IMG/VR virus record: IMGVR_UViG_3300010885_027635
Span: 1 to 64,000 of that record
Direction: 5' to 3' (one strand)
Length of the DNA stretch: 64,000 nucleotides
Source: a virus
Both the position numbers and the translations under genes were made by a program. Numbering within the stretch: the first letter of the stretch is position 1; each line of letters opens with the position of its first letter. Positions 36,583 through 45,722 of this stretch are shown one piece after another. The notes under the pieces were generated by a model that saw only the letters and a program-made list of their open reading frames with translations, searched no databases and had not been told where the DNA came from.

Positions 36583-37260
36583 CAATTCTGCATAAGCCTG
36601 ATGCCCTTGGGCAGTTGGGTACTTGTTATCATCCCCCATTAACTCGTTGTTGTTTCTACTGGCAATTTGCATCAAGGTATCCTCTTGATAAAACTGAGAC
36701 CAATCTATTAACTTATACAAATGTTCAAATCGTTTAAACTTGGTATAAGGCCTGCCATATAAAAACAAATAAGGTTGATTGGTTGATTTAAAAAACCCTT
36801 GTAGGCCAATCATTTTAAGAATGTCAGATTCAAGCGTTTGCTCGTAAGTCACTGCTTGGTGATACTGTTTAAAAAACTTAGCTACACTGTCTTGTTTATT
36901 AGATCTGTAACCTGAATTCATAATCCAGTTTTTAGGAACATAGTCTTGATCGTTAACTGGGTAAACAATTTTTTCAGGCCAATCGTTTACGCCGCTTTGA
37001 TACAAGGAAGTATTTTCAGAATCAGCAAACATGCTGATATCAGTGACTGGCAAACCAGTATGTGTTGATTCGCACCACATAATTAATACTAAATCATATG
37101 ATCTTTTGGCCAATTCTGAAATTGTGGCTTCGTATATGTAGGCATTGCCAGATCCGGCTAGGCTTAAATTAACTAATTCACAATCAAGAATATCTTTAAG
37201 ATAATAAGGCCAACTTCCGGGGCCTCTTGAGTTGCAGTTGCCGGTTAATAAAATATTCAT
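36559..37260 (-). CDS. SGNH/GDSL-like protein, apparently degenerate
   Basis: SWPYYL..VNLSLAGSGN..DLVLIMW..PTAQGHQAYAELL. Confidence 0.55.
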   Translation of the reverse strand: MNILLTGNCNSRGPGSWPYYLKDILDCELVNLSLAGSGNAYIYEATISELAKRSYDLVLIMWCESTHTGLPVTDISMFADSENTSLYQSGVNDWPEKIVYPVNDQDYVPKNWIMNSGYRSNKQDSVAKFFKQYHQAVTYEQTLESDILKMIGLQGFFKSTNQPYLFLYGRPYTKFKRFEHLYKLIDWSQFYQEDTLMQIASRNNNELMGDDNKYPTAQGHQAYAELLARQIRS

Positions 37261-38339
37261 TGATAGTTTTCATCCATCCAGGTCCTCGACACTTTACCTG
37301 GATATTTCAATGGCAATGTATCTACTTGTTTAAGCAAACGTGGTCGGCAATGTTGATTGATGCTGACTAGAAAGTTCTGTACTTCTTGTGGATTGCACTC
37401 GCCAACGTACAAACATTTAACATAGCTTTTTCCAAATATTGCACATTCTTGCATGTTGGGAAAATGTTCTGCTAATTGTCGTTCTATGCTGATGGGATTT
37501 ATTTTGTAACCGTTTACATTGATTTGATCTACATGACGTCCTAGTATACGATAATATCCTGCTGAATCTTGTTCAGCTAAATCTCCGGTATCAAACCAGT
37601 CGTTTACACATACAGTAGGACCTTTTATCAATAAATGATTGTTATCAATTTTGGCTTCAATGCCATCTGGCAATCCCACTGTGCCCATGCGTTGTTCTCC
37701 GTGCAAAGGGTTGGTAAAGCAATGACTTATAGCTTCGGTCATGCCAAACGCTTCAATTACTGGCACTTCAAACTTGGATCGAAGATGTTGATACAATGCA
37801 TCTGGCAGTGCGGCGCTGGCAGCACGTATAAATCTCAAACTATCAAGTTCCATTTGCCCAACAACTTTTAAAATGGCAGGAACTGCTGTGATTAATGTTG
37901 GACTAAATTTAGGTAATTGTCTAAGTTCTGGAACTGATAAAAAATTCATTTCGCACCCGGCTCTAAGTGCAGCCCAATAAAATGCTTGACCGTGTGCATG
38001 AGCCAAACTCATTACACTGACATATCGATCGTTGGCTGTCAACTCGTAACTATCGCACATGGTCTTAGTCAACATGTTCAACTGATCTTGCGAATATCCA
38101 TAAAACTTACTATCGCCTGTGGTGCCAGACGTGTACATGAATATGCGTTCGTTTTTATAGTTGCCGCCATCTCTATAATGCTCGCCGTCTGCGGTAATTA
38201 ATAAACTGTAGTCGGATTTTTCTAATAGATATTGTTTTCGTGCATCAGTGACTGCGGGCTCCACAATCATAATACTGTACTCATCAAGATTCTTTATGTA
38301 ATCTTGCGGATTAGAAACACAAAGTACTGCTCGCTTCAT
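37257..38339 (-). CDS. AMP-binding acyl-CoA synthetase-like enzyme (short N-terminus)
   Basis: YTSGTTGDSK, FGMTE, FDTGDL, GR..DQINVNG, GKV. Confidence 0.9.
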   Translation of the reverse strand: MKRAVLCVSNPQDYIKNLDEYSIMIVEPAVTDARKQYLLEKSDYSLLITADGEHYRDGGNYKNERIFMYTSGTTGDSKFYGYSQDQLNMLTKTMCDSYELTANDRYVSVMSLAHAHGQAFYWAALRAGCEMNFLSVPELRQLPKFSPTLITAVPAILKVVGQMELDSLRFIRAASAALPDALYQHLRSKFEVPVIEAFGMTEAISHCFTNPLHGEQRMGTVGLPDGIEAKIDNNHLLIKGPTVCVNDWFDTGDLAEQDSAGYYRILGRHVDQINVNGYKINPISIERQLAEHFPNMQECAIFGKSYVKCLYVGECNPQEVQNFLVSINQHCRPRLLKQVDTLPLKYPGKVSRTWMDENYQ

Positions 38340-39268
38340 CAGTTACTCCGGGATTGATTAATTTCGTTACGATATTTGTTGCGAAGGTATCGTATGCTTG
38401 CAATTCTTTTATTGTAAAAGTCCGTTACTGTGACATTGTCAAATACTGAACTACGCATGTCACTTAGTTGTTGTATTTCGGCTAGCCCAACACTTTTTGT
38501 AGCTTGGTCTAATATTTTTCCAATGCTGACTCTTTTTTCTTCTAACATTGCCTGATTGGACATGACAATATTAAACACCGACGGCACATCAATGCCCTGC
38601 TCCTTGAGTGTTTTTAACTTTGGGTCCGCTGAATATCTTGTAGGGCAACTCATTGCAATGGCTTTCATTTTGGGATTTAATTTTTCAAATTGTTTCACCA
38701 CAGATATGCGTTCAATTCCAAAATTTATACCATTATTGCCGGCCATATTTACTACTGCATCGTAGTTTGATTTGAACACAATCAAACGACTAGAAAGTCC
38801 ATACTTTTCAGCAATGGACATGGCTGTAAGATGTGTCACATTGCCAAACCCGACGGTACCTATTGTTATTTCTCCTGTGCCTTTCATGCTTGATAGATCG
38901 CCTGGGCGTGTGGCTGTTGAAGAAATCACTGCCCAGCATGCATCACCAATACTGTGAACTGGGCGATAATCCTCTTCTTTGATTGTACCAGCTTCCAGAT
39001 TGTCCACAAAAGCTGCATGAATAATTGCTAACCGAGACTGTGGATGCTCATTCATTGTAGTCAATGCAATTACACCTTGTGCTCCTGGTTTAAGTTCCAT
39101 TACAAATACGTATTTTTTTTGTTGAACATTGGCACGTTCTAATACCTTTTGAAATGCTACATTGCCGCCATGTCCAGCACTGTACGGGGAGTATACCGTG
39201 ATGACTTCTTGTGCCATTGCTGGCAATGCTAAAAATAATAACGCTAAAAATTTAAACACAATTACCAT
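38339..39268 (-). CDS. divergent Bug/TctC periplasmic binding protein
   Basis: signal peptide, VYSPYSAG, KPGAQGVIA, G.G.VTHL, KTLKEQGID. Confidence 0.75.
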   Translation of the reverse strand: MVIVFKFLALLFLALPAMAQEVITVYSPYSAGHGGNVAFQKVLERANVQQKKYVFVMELKPGAQGVIALTTMNEHPQSRLAIIHAAFVDNLEAGTIKEEDYRPVHSIGDACWAVISSTATRPGDLSSMKGTGEITIGTVGFGNVTHLTAMSIAEKYGLSSRLIVFKSNYDAVVNMAGNNGINFGIERISVVKQFEKLNPKMKAIAMSCPTRYSADPKLKTLKEQGIDVPSVFNIVMSNQAMLEEKRVSIGKILDQATKSVGLAEIQQLSDMRSSVFDNVTVTDFYNKRIASIRYLRNKYRNEINQSRSN

Positions 39269-40176
39269 CCTTCCTGCTGTCTAATTACGTCAATCTCTCG
39301 GACCATAACACCCAGGTTGTGCCAGTTACTTCTATAATGATGTTTAAAGAATTTGCTTTCTTGTTCGTCAAGTCTGTTGATTGGCAAGTCTAACTGTGTA
39401 ACTAAATCCTCGGCTACTCGTCCGGCTAGCAGTTCTGGATCACCAGACTCAACTGTTTGCCATAGATCTTCGAGTGCGGCAAAGTCTTGTACTAATCGAT
39501 AATCCCAATCAGTCAGCATGGTCATGTAGGTGCCCATACGACTGCCAGCTATAGCCCAAATACCGTGCTCCACATCTCTGCCCACATTGTGCCAGACAGT
39601 TAAATGATCTAGATTGCGTTGATGTACACGGTGTTGAAAGTCAGTTAATGTAGGACGGGCACCTTTGTTCAGGCACATCTTGACACCTTCACGAAATCCG
39701 GCACGCCAGGCCTGGAAGGCGGTGGCATTAGGGTATGTTGTACTATAACAATCGTGCATGGCATAGTAGTTGGGATAGAAACAAAACTCTACATCGTTTT
39801 CTGCTGACCCATCTGTGGCTTCGTGTGTACGCATGGCATAGATAAATTCTTTAGACCATACGCTTAGGCCACCATTGCCGTACATGAGTCCGTTGACGTG
39901 ATTTTTGGCACGCCAGCGATAAGCACATACTTCGTCAACTTCCAAGGTCAGATTAAAGAACTTAGGGTCCGGGATATTATCTCCGTCAATAAGCACAAAG
40001 CGATCAGTGCCACTTGCATCTGCGGCTGCTTTGTGTGCGGCATCTGATCCCTTGACTCCGTCAACACGTACTGCCCATGGCACCATGTTTTTAATCTTAA
40101 CCCATGTTTCTTCCTTGTTGGGTTCATCGTAGGTCAGATAAACACAATCTAAGTCTGCTATATCAATTTGTTTCAT
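39262..40176 (-). CDS. GT-A-like glycosyltransferase
   Basis: YLTYDEPN, GVKGSDAAHKAAA, IDGDN (DxD), YGNGG, AWRAGFREGVK. Confidence 0.65.
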   Translation of the reverse strand: MKQIDIADLDCVYLTYDEPNKEETWVKIKNMVPWAVRVDGVKGSDAAHKAAADASGTDRFVLIDGDNIPDPKFFNLTLEVDEVCAYRWRAKNHVNGLMYGNGGLSVWSKEFIYAMRTHEATDGSAENDVEFCFYPNYYAMHDCYSTTYPNATAFQAWRAGFREGVKMCLNKGARPTLTDFQHRVHQRNLDHLTVWHNVGRDVEHGIWAIAGSRMGTYMTMLTDWDYRLVQDFAALEDLWQTVESGDPELLAGRVAEDLVTQLDLPINRLDEQESKFFKHHYRSNWHNLGVMVREIDVIRQQEGW

Positions 40177-40516
40177 TGGTCTCTAAATTCCATTTGATGT
40201 GCGGTTGATCGTCAGCTACAACAATACAAACATCCTTAGGATTGCAACAAATACCATCAACGGTGCTGGGCACTAGTTTTGTTACTGTTTGTGGCGGAAC
40301 AATTTGAATAATTTTACCATCAACAACGCAAATGTTTGTGGCTTGTATTTGAAATGTTACTGGATCAACTTCGATATATTTACCGGGACGATCCTCGTGA
40401 CTGTATTCTATTGGTCGTCCTTGGTCATCGTAGTACAAACGAAATAGTACTGTTGGCGGAGTCCACGGTTCTAAATTATTAAAAATTTCCAAAAAGTTTT
40501 GTGTGGTTTCATTCAT
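40163..40516 (-). CDS. hypothetical protein (FRLYYDDQG)
   Basis: coupled ORF in GT operon. Confidence 0.7.
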   Translation of the reverse strand: MNETTQNFLEIFNNLEPWTPPTVLFRLYYDDQGRPIEYSHEDRPGKYIEVDPVTFQIQATNICVVDGKIIQIVPPQTVTKLVPSTVDGICCNPKDVCIVVADDQPHIKWNLETNETN

Positions 40517-40793
40517 CGTTGCTTTTTTGATTGTTACGTTTTTCTTGGATCGTCAGTTTGTCTTCGCCTTTGCGGGCTCGATTATGTCTGGGATTACCGC
40601 AGAGTGTACAATGAGCTTGGCCACAATCCATGGCATGATGTTTGGCCAATCTATGCGGTTGTGCTTCATCAATACGTTTTGACGCTTCACCAAAGTTCTT
40701 GTGAGCTTTAATAATGTTAAGCTGTTTTTTGATTGCCCGCCACGCACGATGCATACGTGTATTGTGTTTAGTTTTATCTTGATCGTTGCTCAT
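40509..40793 (-). CDS. small basic Zn-binding protein
   Basis: CGQAHCTLCGNPR; likely start MSNDQD 40793. Confidence 0.7.
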   Translation of the reverse strand: MSNDQDKTKHNTRMHRAWRAIKKQLNIIKAHKNFGEASKRIDEAQPHRLAKHHAMDCGQAHCTLCGNPRHNRARKGEDKLTIQEKRNNQKSNDE

Positions 40794-41521
40794 TATATCC
40801 TCCAATTTTTAACGTGATAGTGTACAAAGCCTGTCTGTGCTATTGTGTTTATCCTTAATCCAGGATTGGTGTTTTCCCAGACTAATTCTTTAGTCCAATC
40901 GTTGGTACGAGTGGGCACGATATGTCGTTTCATGTGAACAATCAGAGGTCCAATACCCACAGGCAACGTAACTGTTTCTGGACCCATAATCTGTGCGGCC
41001 ATGGCATACACCACATCAGTTGTTGCCTGTTCGTCTGGAAATTTCAACAAGGTTTTATATTGGTCCCAATGTTCAAAAATTTGTTTTACCAATTGAAAAA
41101 ACTCTTGTGCTGTTTTACTCACACGCCAATAGGTTATAGCATTATATACGTCAGGCAAGTTGTTTGCGTCAAATAATTTACGATAGTATCTTGATTGCCC
41201 GGTATTACCATAAAAATCTCTGCAACCTTGGCTTATAACCACGTCACGCTTTTCTAACAGTGTCCACCAATGATCAATTGGGCCAGTAGCAATCATGTCT
41301 GCTTCCAATTTGATAGTTTGTCTGTAAGGGCTGGTGGCAAAACATTGCCAGTCATTGGCGTAACCTACAAGATCACCATGTGGCAACATTTCTCTTGTGA
41401 GAATAGTTATGTTGGCTTCTGGATGCCATTGACGTATACTGTCGGCTAGTTGTTCGGCACAAGCCACATACACATTGCCAATGGCTGGAATCAAGTAACC
41501 ACGTTCAGCTGTTATTGGCAA
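40793..41521 (-). CDS. GT-A/GT8-like glycosyltransferase
   Basis: YVACAEQLADSI, SPYRQTIKLEADM, TTDVVYA, HMK. Confidence 0.6.
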   Translation of the reverse strand: MPITAERGYLIPAIGNVYVACAEQLADSIRQWHPEANITILTREMLPHGDLVGYANDWQCFATSPYRQTIKLEADMIATGPIDHWWTLLEKRDVVISQGCRDFYGNTGQSRYYRKLFDANNLPDVYNAITYWRVSKTAQEFFQLVKQIFEHWDQYKTLLKFPDEQATTDVVYAMAAQIMGPETVTLPVGIGPLIVHMKRHIVPTRTNDWTKELVWENTNPGLRINTIAQTGFVHYHVKNWRI

Positions 41522-42260
41522 CGATGGCTCCTAGTTGTTGTTTGCCCATGGCATGAAAGTCTTGTCGCAATTCAATCCAACGTGGCTTATTATCTGCGGT
41601 TAAAAAGTCCACACGATAACGATCCGAGTCTAACTGTGTTAACCGATGGTCTAGAGTTAAACTGGCCAACGACCAAGGAATATCTGTAGTTTGTAGCGTG
41701 TGACCGTTTTCAATGTTTAGTGCTATACTGAGTGCATGATCGTTACGATATGTTGTTCTTGTATTGGCGTATAAATTTCTATAGTGTGTCCAGTTGTTGC
41801 GGATCATGGCCATTGACTCAAATATGGCCTGTGCTTTTTTGCTTCGACGAAATACCATAACTGTGGCCCACCACATGGGCATGTGATAGTTTCCAAAATA
41901 ATTTAAGTCTTCAAATGTTTGTAATCCTGTAACATCATATGCCCAACGATGGCATAAAAAATCTTGACGGCTGTCTAATAACACTTGTAACTGATTGCTA
42001 GCCACCACATAGTCTGCATCCAATACTAAGGTCTGATCAAATGGTGACGCTTGATACACATCCATGCGATTTAGATTGTGCCATGTTACTGAACCCACAT
42101 CTGTAAAATGTCTTGTGTTGGTGCTGGGTGCGGTATCGTCAGTTATTATGTGTGTTGGTATGCCAAGATGACGCTCAATGTTACGGGCTGACCAGTGAGC
42201 CATGGCCTCATAGTCGATCTGTTCATTGTTGCGAGCAAAAATTACAGCACCGGTGGTCAT
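41505..42260 (-). CDS. GT-A/GT8-like glycosyltransferase
   Basis: GAVIFA..IDY, SPFDQTLVLDADY (DxD), RNDHALSIA, HAMGK. Confidence 0.65.
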   Translation of the reverse strand: MTTGAVIFARNNEQIDYEAMAHWSARNIERHLGIPTHIITDDTAPSTNTRHFTDVGSVTWHNLNRMDVYQASPFDQTLVLDADYVVASNQLQVLLDSRQDFLCHRWAYDVTGLQTFEDLNYFGNYHMPMWWATVMVFRRSKKAQAIFESMAMIRNNWTHYRNLYANTRTTYRNDHALSIALNIENGHTLQTTDIPWSLASLTLDHRLTQLDSDRYRVDFLTADNKPRWIELRQDFHAMGKQQLGAIVANNS

Positions 42261-42562
42261 CTGTTTTGATTAAGTTCTTCGTATTCTACTAGCCAGGCTG
42301 TCATTTGTTCTTGCCAGTGACTGCGTACTTGATCTCGAAACTCGCGAGTTTGTACTCGGATTGGCGTTTCATACAGGTCAAGTAACACTGAATCAGGGCT
42401 GGTACAAGCGGCTAATACAGCCAATAACTCCGGACCTGCTGACCACATTCCACCACTGTGGGCAAATGTTAATTTGGCTTGGTATTTTTCTTTAAGCAGG
42501 CGTTTGTTTGCGGTATGCTCAAAACGAGCACGACCATGAGAGATTAATTGATCTGGATTCAT
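42257..42562 (-). CDS. hypothetical phage protein
   Basis: 101 aa ORF below promoter, ATGA coupled to GT. Confidence 0.7.
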   Translation of the reverse strand: MNPDQLISHGRARFEHTANKRLLKEKYQAKLTFAHSGGMWSAGPELLAVLAACTSPDSVLLDLYETPIRVQTREFRDQVRSHWQEQMTAWLVEYEELNQNR

Positions 42563-42568
42563 AGATTA

Positions 42569-42597
42569 ATTATACTACAAAAAGCGGACAAGGTAAA
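42569..42597 (-). promoter_or_regulatory. sigma70-like promoter
   Basis: TTTACC-N17-TATAAT on minus strand, 6 nt above ATG 42562. Confidence 0.5.
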
Positions 42598-42615
42598 GCC
42601 CCTTGCGGGGCTTTT
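42595..42615 (-). terminator. terminator hairpin after tail genes
   Basis: AAAAGCCCC-GCAA-GGGGCTTT (GNRA loop). Confidence 0.75.
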
Positions 42616-42634
42616 GGTAATACTGTTGTTACTG

Positions 42635-43630
42635 TTATGCAAATGCAGCAGTAATGGTTGGAGTACCCCAGGTGTTGGTTATATAAGTTGTTTCTGGTGG
42701 AATATATGTGACCAAGGTAGTTGGTGCTGTACCAACAATGGTTGTGTTAGGTGATGGAGTATCTGTACCACCCGAAATATTATCACTACTACCTGCACCA
42801 GAACCACCTGGATCAACCCAGGTTGTACTAAAGGTAATCACTGTAGGTGTAGCACTGTTTACACTGGCGTTCAGCTGAATGTACTGACCTGTGTATGGTG
42901 CGGTGTCAGCAAATTGCTTGTACAATGTCACCGGACTTGTAGTCAATGCAAAAGCACCAGTGGCTGTGGCCAATGTAGTTGCTCCGCCTGTGCCGCCAAT
43001 TTTGGTAGTACCAGTGTAAGGCACACTTACAATGTTCTTGCTACCAGCCGATCCAGTCAAGTAAATATCGCCACAAAGAGTAGTAGCCAAGTCGTTCCAC
43101 TCAGGGTCAGCCAGTGTGCCAGTACTTGACTTGGCCACGTCCCACTTGATTCTACCACCACTGTTGAAGAAGTTGTTGAATGCAGTATTGTTGGCAAATG
43201 TGATAGTGTGTGTGAATGTAATTGTCCAGGCTGTACTGCCACTACCGGTAGCACTAGTTTTTGCTGTACTTCCTGTCCAGGTACCATATGGTGTGCCGAC
43301 TGTGAGAGCATTATCACGACTGTTGTAGCAGTTGGTAATGTCTGTGTTAACGTTGGCCAACACTTGAATAAGGTTGGTAGCAACCGGAGCCGCCCTTGAA
43401 GTAATTGAGGTGCCTTGGTGGCTGGCCATGTTGCTGATTTTGTTAACCAGATCTGACCATTTGGTAGCTGTTACAGTATCACCGGCTGCTACTGTAGTAA
43501 TGTTACCCTGGCCGTAGCCAGCACCCACTATGGATTGGCCCCAAGTGGCATTGATATTGGCACCTGATGTGGTGCTGACAAAACCATTATAGTCTGTGGC
43601 TTGTATTAGTCCTGTAGATACGTAAGTCAT
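42635..43630 (-). CDS. virion structural protein (tail fibre/baseplate-associated, Thr/Ser/Gly-rich)
   Basis: IQATDYN, GYGQ, VTATKW..L, FFNSGGRI; position among tail genes. Confidence 0.7.
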   Translation of the reverse strand: MTYVSTGLIQATDYNGFVSTTSGANINATWGQSIVGAGYGQGNITTVAAGDTVTATKWSDLVNKISNMASHQGTSITSRAAPVATNLIQVLANVNTDITNCYNSRDNALTVGTPYGTWTGSTAKTSATGSGSTAWTITFTHTITFANNTAFNNFFNSGGRIKWDVAKSSTGTLADPEWNDLATTLCGDIYLTGSAGSKNIVSVPYTGTTKIGGTGGATTLATATGAFALTTSPVTLYKQFADTAPYTGQYIQLNASVNSATPTVITFSTTWVDPGGSGAGSSDNISGGTDTPSPNTTIVGTAPTTLVTYIPPETTYITNTWGTPTITAAFA

Positions 43631-43642
43631 TGTTGTTTCCTA

Positions 43643-44911
43643 TTATTTAATTGTAACGATGGCTTCAACGGTGCCTTCGCTGGCGTCTAATTTTGCTGTC
43701 AAACTGCGGCCAATAACATTAAACGCAGTGGCTTCTCCTGGCTGTGCTGTACGAGCAAAACCGTTTCCAGCAGCAACCAATCGGTCACCTTTGGCAATCG
43801 ATCCAATGACTCTTACAGGAACTCGTCCAGTCATTGCAACTGGGGGATGTGTAGCGTCTGATCCTGCTTGGCTATTCATTAGATAGGCAGCTCTAGTACT
43901 TATTACACCAAACACAGTTTCGCTTAATTCCGTAGTAGAACGGGTAATTTCTGCTGTGCCACCCAGTTCAACCACGGTACCAGCTTCGTAAATTTCATCA
44001 GCAGCAAAGCGTTCTGCCACGTCGGCGTACTGAGCATTAACTTGTGTACCGCTAACAACACCGTTGGCACCAAAAATAGTCAAACAGGTTGTAGGAACAC
44101 CACCAATGTTTACACCAAATGTCAAGTTACCACCTGATGTGTTGTTTTTAATTTGTGCTGTTGTGCCAGAAACGCTGAGTCGCAAATCTTGATCAACCCC
44201 AACTGCAAAACCTGTGTCATTTAACACTGCTAGTGTGCCGCTGGTTGTGTCGTTTTCGTCACTGCGTAGGAACTGTGTGGAGTCTAAACTGTCAAGCAAC
44301 TGTGAATCTGTTGCTGTGCCTTGGAATAACCAAGTAGCACTGGCTGTAGACATGTTAAGGCCTGGCTTGACTTGACTGAATCCAGAGATAGCTGGGTTTG
44401 GACTCCACGCTGTGGTGTCCTTGCTTAGGATCATTTGAATAACATTATCAATAGTAAATTCAATAACGTCGTGTGTAAAGTTTCCAGTGTCTGTTAATGT
44501 GGCTGCCTGTACACCAGTACCTGCCACAACTGATGGACCAACGGTTAGCCAAGTGGTGCCGGTCCATACTTTCAATAATTGGTTGGTTGTATCATACCAC
44601 AGGTCGCCAGTTACGTTACCAGTTGGAGCTGTAGAACTTGAAGTGGCAGCACTAATAGTTTTGAATGTTGTGCCGTTGTATACTTTTAATAGACTGTTGG
44701 TCTGATCCCACCAAAGCTGTCCTTCCAAAGGTGCACCTGGGGGTGTAGTGTTTGACCCGTTTTCTAATAGGTGAATAAAGTTTTCATCTAGAAAATCGCC
44801 GTAGCCAGCGTAGTTCTTACCGATCAGGGTCATTGAACTGGATGTATTAATTGTACCATCAGGAATGGTAGCAAAAATAGTACCGTCAGTTAAGTTAATT
44901 GTATATGCCAT
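43643..44911 (-). CDS. tail fibre-like protein with C-terminal autoproteolytic-chaperone-like domain
   Basis: LIGKNYAGYG..ENF, two G[QD]LW[WY]D repeats, YADVAERF..GVIST..AMTGRVPVRV. Confidence 0.7.
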   Translation of the reverse strand: MAYTINLTDGTIFATIPDGTINTSSSMTLIGKNYAGYGDFLDENFIHLLENGSNTTPPGAPLEGQLWWDQTNSLLKVYNGTTFKTISAATSSSTAPTGNVTGDLWYDTTNQLLKVWTGTTWLTVGPSVVAGTGVQAATLTDTGNFTHDVIEFTIDNVIQMILSKDTTAWSPNPAISGFSQVKPGLNMSTASATWLFQGTATDSQLLDSLDSTQFLRSDENDTTSGTLAVLNDTGFAVGVDQDLRLSVSGTTAQIKNNTSGGNLTFGVNIGGVPTTCLTIFGANGVVSGTQVNAQYADVAERFAADEIYEAGTVVELGGTAEITRSTTELSETVFGVISTRAAYLMNSQAGSDATHPPVAMTGRVPVRVIGSIAKGDRLVAAGNGFARTAQPGEATAFNVIGRSLTAKLDASEGTVEAIVTIK

Positions 44912-44960
44912 TTATGTTACTCCGTCCTTTTATATTTATCGCAAGATAATCTATACATAT

Positions 44961-45566
44961 TTATGCTGCACTTAGATTAGTTAAAGTCTGTATACGCAGT
45001 GTATAGTCTATTTGTATCTGGCGATTTAAGCTCTTTTGTACTGGGTGAAAAATTACATGGGTAATCAAACGCAGGTCTGCGGCACTACCATTCCAGCTTT
45101 TTAATCCTAATTCATCAAATACATATTCGCCATTGAAATTAGTACTGTTATCAAAGGCTTGTTGTCCAGCAGGTTCGCCATAGTCCAACAAACAAGTTAC
45201 CAAAATATCAGTATAAACTTTACCAGATGTGTGTAGCACTTCCATTTTGTTGTTGGCAGGGTCTGTATCTGCTGCCGCATTGTCATCTACCACTTTGGCG
45301 TAGGTTTCGTTGTACAGGTCTGCATTTTGCCCAGTGATATTAGGGGGCAAATATGTAATAACACCAGTAGGGTCTACACTGCTTCCGCCATTACCAAAGG
45401 CCATTTCATAGATGTATCCCAAGTTTCTATCACTCAAGGTTTGTGCCATGGCAATACTAATGTTTTCATAATGAATTGCGTTCTTTTTATCCACTAGAAC
45501 TTCGCCAGAGTTGGGATCCGTAATTTTAACAAATCCTTCAATTTTAGCTAAACCTGGTTGAATCAT
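44961..45566 (-). CDS. baseplate/tail structural protein
   Basis: MAFGNGG, FDELGL, LITHVIFHPVQKSLNR..IDYTLRI; context. Confidence 0.65.
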   Translation of the reverse strand: MIQPGLAKIEGFVKITDPNSGEVLVDKKNAIHYENISIAMAQTLSDRNLGYIYEMAFGNGGSSVDPTGVITYLPPNITGQNADLYNETYAKVVDDNAAADTDPANNKMEVLHTSGKVYTDILVTCLLDYGEPAGQQAFDNSTNFNGEYVFDELGLKSWNGSAADLRLITHVIFHPVQKSLNRQIQIDYTLRIQTLTNLSAA

Positions 45567-45706
45567 GCTCTCTTCTCCACAAATTTCTCTTTGGTGTTTG
45601 GGTCAAATATCTTTACAAATCCTTCAACACTAATACTTCCAGTTTCATTAGGACGTTTAGCAACAGGTGTTGTGTTTGGTGCTGATTGTGCGGTATTTTG
45701 CGTCAT
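45563..45706 (-). CDS. 47-aa protein paralogous to N-terminus of downstream gene (not in ORF track)
   Basis: MTQNTAQSAP...VEGFVKIFDPNTKEKFVEKRA*; TAAATA 4 nt upstream; ATGA coupling. Confidence 0.7.
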   Translation of the reverse strand: MTQNTAQSAPNTTPVAKRPNETGSISVEGFVKIFDPNTKEKFVEKRA

Positions 45707-45722
45707 GATGTATTTACCTTGC

